Shown here: one piece after another, positions 1 to 12,215 of the stretch
Position numbering within the stretch: the stretch's first letter is position 1
Layout of the letters: the number at the start of each line of letters is the position of its first letter
Assembly: GCF_963921235.1 (NCBI RefSeq)
Contig: NC_086101.1
Coordinates: 14,694,001-14,758,000, forward strand
Length of the DNA stretch: 64,000 bases
Reading direction: 5' to 3'
Source: Mobula hypostoma
Taxonomy: Eukaryota
Program-made: the position numbers and the translations under genes
The notes under the pieces: generated by a model
What the model was told of the DNA's origin: nothing
Seen by the model: the letters and a program-made list of their open reading frames with translations, nothing else
The model's database searches: none

Positions 1-98
1 GATGGGCAAAAACGTTATTTCTTTTGGTCTTTTAAGTTAAGCATACCGTTACAAGAAAGAACACAATTCGATCAAAACATTTCAGGGCAAAGTATATA

Positions 99-3000
99 AC
101 ATAGAAACACAGAAACATAGAAAACCTACAGCCCAATACAGGCCCTTTGGCCCACAAAGCTGTGCCGAACATGTCCTTACCTTAGAACTACCTAGGATTA
201 CCGATAGCCCTCTAATTTCCTAAGCATGTATCCATCCAGGAGTATCTTAAAACACCCTATCGTTTCTGCCTCCACCATCATCGCTGGCAGCCCGTTCCAC
301 GCACTCACTACTCTCTGCTTAAAATACTAACCACAGATATCCTCTCTGTACCTACTTCCAAGCACCTTAAAATATGTCCTCTCGTGCTAGCCATTTCAGC
401 CCTGGGAAAAAGCCTTTGACTATCCACACGATCGATGCCTCTCATCATCTTATACACCTCTATCAGGTCACCTGTCATCCTCCATCGCTCCAAGGAGGAA
501 AGGCCGAGTTCACTCAACCTATTCTCATAAGGCATGCTTCCCAATCCAGGCAACAGCCTTGTAAATCTCCTCTGCACCCTTTCTATGGGTTTCCCGTCCT
601 TTCTGCAGTGAGGCGATCAGAACTGAGCACAGTGCTCCACGTAGGGTCTCACCAGCGTCCTATATAGCTGCAACATTACCTTTCGGCTCCTAAACTCAGT
701 CCCACGTTTGATGAAGGCCAATACACCGTATGCCTTCTTGACCACAGAGTGAACCTGCGTAGCTGCTGGAATTCCTGTTGTCTGCGTAGCAGCTTTGCGT
801 GTCCGATGGACTTAGACCCCAAGATCCTTCTCACCGTCCACACTGCCAAGAGTCTTATTATTAATGGTATGTTCTGCCATCATATTTGACCTACCAGAAT
901 GAACCACCTCACACTTATCTGGTTTGAACTCCATCTGCCACTTCTTAGCCCAGTTTTGCAACCTATCAGTATGCTGCTGTAACGTCTGAAAGCACTCCAC
1001 ACTATCCACAACACCCCCAATCTTTGTGTCATCATCGAATTTACTAACTCATCCCCACGCTTCCTCGCCAGGTTATTTATTAAAAAAATCACAAAGAGTA
1101 GGGGTCCCAGAACAGATCCCTGAGGCACACTACTGGTCACCGGACTCCATGCAGAATATGACCCGTCCTCAACCACTGTTTGTCTTCTGTGTGCAAGGCA
1201 ATTCTGAATCCACAAAGCAATGTCCCCTTGGATCCCATGCCTCTTTACTTTCTCAATAAGCCTTGCATGGGGTACCTTGCTGAAATCCATATACAGGGCA
1301 TCTACTGCTCTTCCTCCATCAATGTGTTTAGTCACATCCTCAAAAAATTCAATCAGGCTCGTAAGGCACGACCTGCCTTTCACGAAGCCATGTTGACTAT
1401 TCATAATCATATTATGCCTCTACAAATGTTCATAAATCCTGCCTCTCAGGATATTCTCCATCAACTTACCAACTACTGAAGTAAGACTCACTGGCCTATA
1501 ATTTCCTGGGCTATGCCTACTCCTTCTCTTGAATAAGGGAACAACATCTGCAAACCTCCAATCCTCTGGAACCTCTCCCGTCCTCATTGATGATGCAAAG
1601 ATTATTGCCAGAGGCTCAGCAATCTTCTCCCTCTCTTCTCACAGTAACCTGGGGTACACGCCGTCTGTTCCCGGTGAACAAACCAACTTATTGCTTTTCA
1701 AAAGCTCCAACACATCCTCTCCCTTAATATCTACATGCTCAAGCCTTTCAGTCCACCGCAAATCATCCCTACAACCGCCAAGATCCTTTTGCGTAGCGAA
1801 TACTGAAGCAAAATATTCATGTAGTACCTGTGCCTCCTCCGGTTCCATGCACACTTATCCACTGTCACACATGATTGGTTCTATTCTCGGACGTCTTTTC
1901 CTCTTGCTCTTCACATACTTGTAGAATGCCTCGGGGTTTTCCTTCATCCTATCCGCCAAGGCCTTCTCATGGCCCCTTCTGCCTCTCCTATTTTCATTCT
2001 TAAGCTCCGTCCTGCTAGCCTTATAATCTTCTAGATTCCTGTTATTACCTAGTTTTTTGAACCCTTCGTAAGCTCTTCTTTTCTTCTTGACTAGATTTAC
2101 AACAGCCTTTGTACACCATGGATCTTGTACCCTACCATCCTTTCCATGTCTCATTGGAACGTACTATCTCAGTACCCCACGCAAATATCTCCTGAACATT
2201 TGCCACATTTCTTCCGTACGTTTCCCTGAGAACATCCGTTTCCAATTTATGCTTCCAAGTCCTTGCATGACAGCTTCATATTTCCACCTACTCCAACTAA
2301 ATGCTTTCCTAGCTAGTCTATTCCTATCCCTCTCCAAAGCTATGGTAAAGGAGTTAGAATCGTGATCACTATCTCCAAAATGCTCTCCTACTAAGACACC
2401 TGACATCTAACCAGGTTCATTTCCCAATACCAGATCAAGTACATCCTCTCCTCTTGTAGGCTTATCTACATATTGTGTCAGGAAACCTGCCTGAACACAC
2501 CTAATGAACTCTACCCCATCTAAACCTCTCACTGTAGGGAGATGCCAATCAATATTTTGGAAATTAAAATCTCCCACCATAGTAAGCCTATTATTTTTAC
2601 TCCTTTCCAGAATCTGTCCTCGCTGTCCCTGTTACTATTGGGTGGTCTATAAAAAACACCCAGTAGAGTTATTGATCCCTTCCTATTCTTAACTACCACC
2701 CACAGAGACTCCGCAGACAACTCCTCCATGACTTGTTCCTTTTCTGCAGCTGTAACACTGTCTCGGATCAACAGTGCCACGCTTCCACCTCATTTGCCTC
2801 CCACCCTATCCTTTCTGAAACATCTAAAGCCTGGCAATTGAAGTAGCCATTTCTGCCCCTGCACCATCCAAGTCTCTGTAATGCTCACAACATCACAGCT
2901 CCAAGAGCTGATCCACGCTCTAAGCTCATCTGCTTTATTCATAATACTCCTCGCATTAAAATAGACACATCTCAAGCCATTGGTCTGAGCGCGTCCGTTC

Positions 3001-4235
3001 TCTATCACCTGCCTATCCTCCCTTTCACACTGTCCCCAAGCTTTCTCTATTTTTGAGCCAACCTCCCTTTCCTCCGTCACTTCAGTTCGGTTCCCTCCCC
3101 CGAGCAGTTCTAGTTTAAACTCTCCCCAATAGTTTAGCAAACCTCCCCGCTAAGATATTGGTCCTACCCTGATTCAAGTGCAACCTATCCTTTTTGTGAA
3201 GGTCACACCTGCCCCAGAAGAGGTCCCAGCGATCCAGAAATCTGAATCCTTGACTCCTGCTCCAATCCCTCAGCCATGCATTATCCTCCACCTCATTCTA
3301 TTCCTATACTCACTGTCATGTGGCACAGGTAGTAATCCCGAGATTATGACCTTTGAGGTCCTGCCTCGCAACTTCTTTCCTAACTCCCTGTAGTCTGTTT
3401 TCAGGACCTCTTGCCTTCTTCTAGCTATGTCGTTAGTACTAATATGTACCACGACCTCTGGCTGTTCTCCTTCCCACTTCAAGGTCTCGTGCACACGATC
3501 AGAAACATCCTGTACCCTGGCACCTGGGAGGCAAACTACCATCTGTGTTTCCTTCCTGCGTCCACAGAATTGCCTATCTGATCCCTAACTATAGAGTCGC
3601 CTATTACTGCTGCCATCCTCTTCCTTTCCCTACCCTTCTGAGCCACAGGGCTAGACACTGTGCCAGAGGCGCGACCGCTGTTGCTTCCCGCAAGTAGGCC
3701 GTCTCCCCCAGCAGAACTCAAGCAGGTGTACTTATTGTTAGGGGGAACAGCCACTGGGGTACTCTCTAGTACCTGCTTCTTGCCCTTCCCTCTCCTGACT
3801 GTTACTCACTTCTCTGTCTCCTGTGGTCCCGGGATGACTACCTGCCTATCGCTCCTCTCTATCACCTCCTCACTCTCCCTGACCAGACAAAGGTCATCGA
3901 GCTGCAGCTCCAGTTCCCTAACGTGGTCTCAAAGCAGCTGCAGCTTCCGGGAGGCTGGGAGTCTCCAGGACATCCCACATCTGACACCGAGCACAGAAAA
4001 CCGGCCTCCACGCTTTCTTTATGTCTGCATTCTAAACAGATAATCTACTTCGCCTCGACCCGTTATCGCCTAAGCCCCGTTGAGCCAAAGCCTTCTTACG
4101 CTGTCTCCCACTTCTCTGACGCCCGCTCCTCGGACGCCGCCTCTGTAAAGCTGTCTCCTTTTAAACTCTTCCTGCTGTTTACACTGGCCGACCTCCACGC
4201 GCTTGCGTAGTCGTGCCCCGTTCAAGCTGCTGAAG
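99..4235 (-). mobile_element. Near full-length decayed CR1 LINE (5'UTR, ORF1 Zn-finger/coiled-coil/SGNH esterase, ORF2 APE+RT, 3' (ctatgttt)n tail)
   Basis: ORF fragments include AVIGDSIVR, VVVHISTNDI, CVYFNARSIMNK..ITETW, QHGFVKGRSCLT and VPQGSVLGPLLF, with many frameshifts. Confidence 0.92.
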
Positions 4236-4461
4236 AAATAACAGAGATAACGTGAAATAATTAATCTGTAAGCACTTATTTCACAGTTTTCGAATGAATT
4301 ACATTGTTGTTCTAACTCGTGTCTGCTCTGGAAGCTGATTAGTCAAATACGGACCCTCGACTCAACAACTAAATAGTGTACTATGTTTCAAGATTCAGCA
4401 GTTTTTTCCGTGACAGAGCGGGAAGCCAGTATTACGATCATCTGATTTTGACTAATCTCGG

Positions 4462-4474
4462 ACTTCCTCATTTC
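4462..4474 (-). promoter_or_regulatory. PU.1/IRF composite-like motif GAAATGAGGAAGT
   Basis: Plus strand reads acttcctcatttc, inside a unique, non-repeat island at about 4.25-4.85 kb. Motif match only. Confidence 0.25.
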
Positions 4475-4898
4475 GACAATCTATGAATATCTCAGCAGAG
4501 TTCATCGTCTGAGAAGACGGTTATTTTTGTTGGTTTGTACTGGTCTGTTTTCGCTTCCCATTCTCCGTTACACTGGTAACTTTCTGAGACAATTGACCAA
4601 TTTTGGGAGCGTCATATTGTTGCTAAGTTAAATTTCCCACATTGTGAAACATTTCGCAGTTTCTCCTGCTGACGGCAACATCAGCAGAAGTGTTCCATCG
4701 TGGTTGTTTCTCAAGAAACCCACTGAGATCCGCATCAACAAGATATTCTCTGTATTTCGCCTGGTTGTGATCGTAACCTAAAGTTAACAGAGGAAAAAAA
4801 ATCAGGATCAAGTGTATGAACACTGACGTATGTAGTAAAATTTATTGTTTTACGGCACCAGTACGGTGCAATGCATGCAATATAAGGGGGGGGGGGTG

Positions 4899-4902
<4 letters not shown>

Positions 4903-4955
<53 letters not shown>
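4903..4955. repeat. (GA)n microsatellite preceded by poly-G
   Basis: Seen directly. Confidence 0.95.
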
Positions 4956-4961
<6 letters not shown>

Positions 4962-4984
4962 GCGCAAAAAGAGGGCAAAAATGG

Positions 4985-5900
4985 TGAAGGAGTGTTCGTG
5001 GGTTAGTTCACAGTCGGTTTTGAAATCTGATGGCTGAAGAAAGGAAGCTGTTGCTACGCTGTTCTGAAAACACGGACTGCGTTTCAGGCCTTGTACCTCT
5101 AATGGTAATAATAAGAACAAGGCGTGTCCTGGTTGCCAGGCGTCTTTAATGATGGATGCCACCACTTTGGCATAGCCTTTTGAAAATGTCCTCAATGGTG
5201 GGAAGGTTAGTCCATGACGAGGCTGTCTGATCGTACAACCTTCTGTAGATCTTTCCGATGGTATGCAGAAAAATAACAAGCGGCGATGCAACCAGTTATA
5301 ATACTCTCCAAAGTACATCTGTAGAAATTTGGAGAGCGTTCGGTGACATATCAAATTTCATTAAACTCCCACTGAAATATAGCCTTAGGCATGCACTCGT
5401 AGTAATGTTATTAATATGTTGGGTCCACATGTGTAGATCTTCAGAAATGTTCGCACCGAGGAACTTAAAACTACTCGACCTTCCCGCTGCTGACGCCTCG
5501 ATATGCACTAATTTTTATTCCCTCGACTTTTCCTTCTCGAAGTCAGTCCACAATTGTTCTTAGTCTTGACGTTAAGTGCAAGGTTGTTGTTGTGACAGCA
5601 GTGAATCAGCCGATGTACCTCACTTCTGTTCACCTCTTCGTCGCTGTCAAAGATTCCGCCAAAGGCTGCGTCATCGGCGAATTTATAGATGGTGTTTGCG
5701 CTGTGTCGAGTTACACGGTCATGAGTGCAGAGAGAATAGAGTAGGGGGCTACATACGCATCGTTGAGGTATTGATCTGTTAGCAAGAAGGAGATGTTGCT
5801 TCTGTTTCGTATTAACTGTAAATTCCCGATTAGGAAGTTGAGGACCAGTTGCAGGGGGAGGTACCGAGGCCTTGAAGCTCATTGATTAATACTGAAGAGA
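4985..5900 (-). mobile_element. Rex1/Babar-like LINE 3' RT fragment
   Basis: PQRCVCSPLLYSLCTHD..TIYKFADD..CHNNNLALNVKTK and FKFLGANISEDL are motifs typical of that clade. Confidence 0.7.
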
Positions 5901-7035
5901 TGATGCTTACTTCAGAAATGACCCACTGAAGTAGTTGCAGCGTTTCAACGACCGTCCCGAATTCTCTGAGAGGTGGTCATTGACGCCATTCTTGTCATAG
6001 AATGTAGGTAGAGAACTTCTTATGCCGAGACTGAAAACCCGCCCAGATGACGTAGCTACTCACTATACTTCTAATTCGGAGTGCTGCATAACAGGGTTGT
6101 TTCTTCTACGTTGGAGAAACCAAATACATTTGAGTGACGTGATGGCAAAGCACCTCCGTATAGTTCACCGAGCGACCCTAAGCTTTTTGTTGTCTGACAT
6201 AATAATTCTCCACCCACTGCCACTCTGGGCTCTCTTCTTTTGGCCACTGATACTATCCAATAAAGTTTCTTGAGTGAGTTCCGCACCTTCTGTCTGGGTT
6301 CATTGCACTAGTCAGGACTGAAAAGAAAATTCAGTAATTCCTTCAAAAGGAATTCCTTCTGTATTCGAAGCGCGGCTTTTGATGAAAATTGATCTGTTGT
6401 AAGATTAACTTTGCTTTCCCCTCCCCTCCCCTCCCTCCCTGATGCTCTCTGATCCTTTATGCGCGCATGTGTGTGGGTACGTGTTTTACAGAGATCTCCT
6501 TTGTTTTAGGTTAACAAGGGTGTAATTTTATTTCCTAGTGTTTTATTTTTATTCTCTTCTACTTATACTTGTCGCCTACTTTCGTTTCCTCCTCCTAAAC
6601 CAATTTTAGCTAAATTGGCTGTCCTGATGAAGGGTCTCAGCTCAAAACGTCGACTATTTACTCCTCTCCATAGATGCTGCCTGACCTGCTGAGTTCCTCC
6701 AGCATTTTGTATTTGTAGCTCTGCGTATTATTCTCTACTTTGGAATTCTCTCTACCGGGGGTGTGTGGATGCTTCACTGATATGTTAGCTGGCACATCCA
6801 CTATAGGTGTATTCCTATCCCACGTGTTCTCCATCATGCCAAAGTGATAATTTTTTAATCACTTTCGGCTTCTTTGCAAAGTTATGTTTCAGTTTTTAAC
6901 TGTTGCGATTCTCTCAAGAGGGAATGTACTCTCCTCAGCTACTTTTTGACTCGTTGAGCATTTTCGATGAGAATGACATCGATTATTCTGCATTCTGAAC
7001 TGCAGATCCAGTTCCTCAGTTGCTGATAATATTTA

Positions 7036-7148
7036 GGGGGGGGGGAAGAGAAAGAGAGAGAGATATGGAGAAAGAGAAAGAGAGAGAGGGAAGGAAAAAG
7101 AGAGAGTCTGTGTGTGTGTGCGTGTAGAGAGAGAGAGAGAGAGAGAGA
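7036..7148. repeat. Compound poly-G/(GA)n/(GT)n microsatellite
   Basis: Seen directly. Confidence 0.9.
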
Positions 7149-7343
7149 GGTTATTTAGATAACGTCTACCCGAAACCTTTCATGTTTTCACACAGGTGTC
7201 GATGAGCCGCTGGACATTTTCCAACACGTTTCCGTTTTATTTTACAGCTTTTCAATCTCATAGATGGTTTATCTCACCAAAGGATTGGGAAACGAGAAGT
7301 GTGCTTTGTGCTGTAACCAACGGTTATGCGCAACATGCACATT

Positions 7344-7366
7344 ACTATATAAGGAAACCGGAAGTG
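7344..7366 (+). promoter_or_regulatory. TATA-like box plus IRF-Ets composite motif (GAAACCGGAAGT)
   Basis: ctatataaggaaaccggaagtg lies just 5' of the candidate first exon. Motif match only. Confidence 0.35.
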
Positions 7367-7369
7367 CTT

Positions 7370-7479
7370 TAAATAAAACTAAGATTCGGTTGTGTGCATA
7401 ACGTCTGTGCTTTGTGGTACAAAGCTTGGGCTTAAGACGTCCACGGAAGGATTTAGATTCGGCAGCGATTTTGAGAACG
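7370..7479 (+). other. Candidate non-coding 5' exon of gene A (5' boundary uncertain; may start at an acceptor near 7249)
   Basis: Consensus donor ACG|gtaagt at 7480 in unique CpG-containing sequence. The leader exon has an acceptor, so an upstream exon must exist. Confidence 0.4.
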
Positions 7480-7844
7480 GTAAGTGCTCCTTCACCGAGT
7501 ATTGGGGAAATCTAATGGCGTTAGGCAGGGTCTTAAGAGATCGTTTGTCGTTGAATCGGGCTTTGAAGGGGGTGAATGTCTCTGAGCCTGGTGTCCATGA
7601 GGCTGACCTTCCTTGAAGCGGGCTCTGAGGACTTTGGGGCGGATAAATTTCCCGAGCCAAATTTTGGGAAAGAGTTCCAAACCTGGGATTCGGGAAGAGT
7701 GGGTTTCCGGCTTCTGGAGAGTCCTTGGGTCAGATTTTAGATTCAGTGGCTCTGGGACTGGCAGTTAGTAGGGCGAGTGTGTCTGGATGGGCTTTGGTGA
7801 AGCTGCGTGGGGCTTGAGCGGTGGCTTGGGGAAGACACAAGAGA

Positions 7845-8890
7845 GGGCAGATGCTGCATTCTAATGAGAAACAAACTGCTGGAAGTACTCAGTGGGTCAA
7901 GCAACCTCTGTACGGGGGCGGGGGGGCGGGCGGGTGAAGTGGAGGGTCGATCCTGTATCGGGACTGGCCAAGGTGAAGTAACAGCCGGAATAAAGAGGGG
8001 AGGGAGCGTGGTAAAGGCAGGATATGGCAGTTGATAGACATGGAGACGAGAAGGATAAGAGGCAGATAGAGCCAGTTTTCAAAGGAGTAATATAGATGGG
8101 AGACAGAGGCAGGTGAGTGATGGGTGGAAACAGGCAAAGGGATGAGATTGCCTCTCCCCCGAGGAGAGGGTGAAAGCGGAGGCAGCTGCTGGAAGGTGAT
8201 TGGCTGGAACACAATGGCTACCAGTGCTTGGGGTTAATGTAAGCAAAGCGACAGCGTGAACCATTGATGGTGGGATGGGCAGTTAGAGGCAGATGGAATG
8301 ATATGGAGGAGGGACTCCGGCTCATGAAGCATGTGGTTAATATGTGGTATTAACCAGGATGGCGAAGGGGACAAAACTGAGCCGACTCATATATCTCTGC
8401 CACCGGATTCCCTTCGCATATATCTTCAACCGCTCCCTTAATGGTTCCCAGCATGACCGTAATTATTAGATTCCAGCACTGCTAGGAAACGTTTGCCCGC
8501 TCATCGCTACCCCCCACCCCCCACCCCATACCCCGGCACCGGTCTCCACCTTCAGCCTTTCTTCCCCCACACGCCCTCGTCTGCCTTTAATATTTCCCCC
8601 TTTGTCAACTTGCATCTATCATCTATCTGCTAGTACAGTATTTCTCATTTCCAGCAATGCCCCTGCCCAGATCGTTAGATCTGCCCCTGATCTTTCATCC
8701 CTCTTTGGTCCCTATCACATTCTGGCCCCTGTCTCACTACTTCCCCCTTCCTAGTTATACTGGCTATTTTACCACTCCATTCTCAGTCCTGATGTGAGCT
8801 TTCGATCCAAAACGTCAGAAATCCTCTCTTCCAGGTGGCTGTTACTCGACCCGCCGACTTCCACCAGCAGATGGCTTTTTATTTGTGCTT
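7845..8890. repeat. Fragments of a short interspersed repeat (ctgatgaagggtctc...gaaacgtc / gatgctgcctgacctgctgag family, possibly Penelope-like ends)
   Basis: The same motif recurs near 6620, 13190-13430, 24620-24960, 54050-54220, 55450-55820 and 61090-61225. The family assignment is an inference. Confidence 0.5.
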
Positions 8891-9149
8891 CCGGGAGGAT
8901 GACTATTCCTGAGCCGAGCTGAAGGTTGCTGTTTCCTTCCGCAACGCAGCCCATTACCCTGCCCCTGTCTAAATCAGTCCCATCCTTTGTACCAATTCGC
9001 CTTCAGTGGTCTACAGTTCAATGAGTAATGACGACATATGTTCACTGTTCGTTCGCCTCACTGAGTGAAGGAAAATGAAATTCAGTGTAATTCTTCAGTG
9101 GCCCTGCAGCCTGGCTGTTTTTAGAGCGCGGCTTTGCCGCTGAAATTCC

Positions 9150-12100
9150 TGTAAAACTGGCCTGTGAAGCACATCGATGTCTTTATCTAGAGTGGACATG
9201 GAGAGGATGTGGTCTGTTCTGGGTGAGTCTCGGACCAGATGGCACAGCCTCATAATAAAAGGACATCCTTTTAGAACAGAGATGACGGGGACTTTCCTAG
9301 GGACTGTAAAACGATAAGACATAGGAGCAGAATTAAGCCATTTGGCCCATCGAAACTACTCTGCCATTTCATTATAACTGATCCATTCCCATCTGAGCCC
9401 AATCTCCTACCTTTTCCTCATATCCCTTCACTCCCTGATTTATCAAGAATCTATTAACCTCTGCCTTAAACATGCCCAATGACTTCAAAGATTCAAAGGT
9501 TATTTATTATCAAAATACACAACTTTGAAATTCTTCTACTCCAAATAGCCAGGAAAACAAGAAAGAGAAGTAAAGCAGTACGCTCATTAACCCCCAAATT
9601 ACTCCTCCCAGCACTGAAAAATCAAACAAAAATGGAATAAGTACATCGACCCTCAAATACCCCATCCCACGACACAAAAATCGAGAAAGAAAGTACATAA
9701 CTGAAAAACACTATAAGTCTGAAATATAAAAGTCTGTAGTCCATGTCCATATCCAAAAGGCAGAAAACCTGGGTAACATTCTTCGTGCGCCTGATCTCCA
9801 CAGCCGCATGTGGTAACGAATCCCATGCATTCACTACTCTTTGGATACAGAAATTCCTCCTCATCTCCGTTCTAATTGGACGGCCCTCCACCTGTCTTCG
9901 TATCATCCTCAAACTTGGCCGCAAAGCCACAAATTTCAGCATCCAAGCATTGAAGTATAACATAAAAAGAAGCGGCCGCAGCACAAACTGCTGTGAAACA
10001 CCACTACTCACAAGTAGCCAAGTGAAAAAAGGCGCCTGTTGTTCCCAGTCGTTGCTTCCTGTCAATCAACCAATCCTCTGTCCATCCTAGTAACTCCTCG
10101 CGAGAGTGTAGTGTTTAGCACTAAACTTTACAGTGCAGACAACTCGGGTTCACTTCCCGCCGTTGTCCTGTCTGCCGATTGTACGTACACTCCGTGGCTG
10201 TGTGGGTTTGCACCGGATGCTCCAGTACCCTCGCACAGTCCAAAGACGTACCCGTGGGCAGTTTACTTAGTCTTTGGAAATTGCCCCGTGATTAGACTCC
10301 GATTAAATCGGGGGAATTGCTGGGTTGGAAGGGCCTGTTTGGCGCTATATCTCAATAAATAAATTTTGCTCTGGTATAGGCCCTGCTTTTGGATTTTATG
10401 TTGGCTTTCACTTTTCTTGTCCGCGTCATCCTGCCTTGAGAATGCTTCTTCTTAGACCAGAAGATATCGGTACAGCATTAGGCCTTTTGCCCCTCGAGTC
10501 TGCTCCGCCGTTCAATCATGATGATCCTTATTTTTCCCCGTCTCAGGACTAATCTCCGGCCTTCTCCACGAAACCTTTGATGCCGCGGCCAATCAAGAAC
10601 CTAGCAATCTCCGCGTTAAATATACCCAAAGAGCTTGCCCCCACAGCTGCCTGTGGTAACAAATTCCACAAATTCTCCACCCTCTGGCTAAAGCAGTTGC
10701 TCCGTGTATCCATTTTAAATGGATGCCCATCTATTCTGAGGCTCTGCCCTCTTGTTCTAGACTCCCCCGCAATGGCATACATCCTTTCCAAATCTACTCT
10801 TTCTATTATCTTCGAAAGATTTCAATGAGAGCCCCTTTCATCCTTCTAAATTCCAATGAGTACGGTATCAGAGCCATCAAACGTTCCTCGTATGATAACC
10901 TTTCATTCCCGCAATTATCCTTGTGAACTTCCTGTGAATCCTCTCCAATGCTAGTACACCTTTTCATAGAACATAGAATAGTACAGCACAGTACAGGCCC
11001 TTCGGCCCACAATGTTTTGCCGACCCACAAATCCTGCCTCCCATATAAGACCCCACCTTAAATTCCTCCATATACCTGTCTAGTAGTCTCTTAAACTTCA
11101 CTAGTGTATCTGCCTCCACCACTGACTCAGGCAGTGCATTCTACGCACCAACCACTCTCTGAGTAAAAAACCGTCCTCTAATATCCCCCATGAACTTCCC
11201 ACCCTTTACCTTAAAGCCATGTCCTCTTGTATACAGCAGTGGTGCCCTGAGGAAGAGGCGCTGGCTTTCCACTCTATCTAATCCTCTTATTATCTTGTAC
11301 ACCTCTATCATGTCTCCTCTCATCCTCCTTCTCTCTAAAGAGTAAAGCCTTAGCTCCCTTAATCTCTGATCATAATGCATACTTTCTAAACCAGGCAGCA
11401 TCCTGGTAAATCTCCTCTGTACCTTTTCCAATGCTTCCACATCCTTCCTATAGTGAGGTGACCAGAACTGGACACAGTACTCCAAGTGTGGCCTAACCAG
11501 AGTTTTATAGAGCTGCATCATTACATTCGTAGATGAGGAGCCCAAATTGTTCACAATACTCAAGGTGATATCTCACCAGTGCCTTACAAAGCCTCAGCAT
11601 CACATCATTTTTTTTATATTCTAGACCTCTTGAAATGAATGCTAACTTTGCATTTGCCTTCCTCAACAGCGAATCTACCTGCAAGTTATCTTTCAGGGTG
11701 TTTTGCACAAGGACTCCACAGTCTCCTTGCATCTCAGATTTTTAGTTTTTCTCCCTGTTTAGAAAACAGTCTGCACATTTACTTCTACTCCCAAAGTGAA
11801 TGGTCATCCATATTCCAACACTGTATTTCCTTTTCCACTTCCTTGCCCATTTTTCTAATCTGTCTAAGTCCTTCTGAAGCCTTCCTGTTTCCTCAATACT
11901 GCCTATCCCTCCACAAGTCTTCGTATCATCTCTAAACGGCAACAAGGCCATCTAGTCCATCATCTGACTCATTGATATACAGCATAAAAAACAGCGGTGA
12001 CAACACTGACCCCTGCCGAACACCACTACTCACTGGCAGCCAACCAGAAAGGATCATTTTATTCCTACTCGCTGCCTCCAATCAATGGGTTCATAACTTG

Positions 12101-12215
12101 GTAAGCAGTTTCATGTGTGGCACCTTGTGAACGGTCTTTTGAAAATCCAAATATACAATATCCACTACATTCCCTTTATCTATCCTAACGCAATTTCCTC
12201 AAACAATTCCAATAG
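9150..12215. mobile_element. Cluster of CR1 3' fragments, including a minus-strand copy (about 10965-11530) nested in another minus-strand copy
   Basis: RPHLEYCVQFWSPHYRKD and RFTRMLPGL motifs and catagaa tails. The host sequence resumes after 11530. Confidence 0.85.
10110..10342 (+). mobile_element. tRNA-derived SINE (HE1-like)
   Basis: cgggttc B-box-like motif, the gtgggttt..ccggatgctcc..ccaaagacgtac core and an aataaataaa tail. Related copies at 33000-33400 (-) and 59795-59960 (+). Confidence 0.6.

Noticed and set aside
4486-4576. Hydrophobic stretch RRLFLLVCTGLFSLPILRYT with a gtaact donor as an alternative leader
   Set aside because: No in-frame ATG.
4842-5354. 170-aa ORF with an SLSLSL run
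   Set aside because: Antisense or alternative-frame reading of a Rex1-like fragment and the (GA)n microsatellite.
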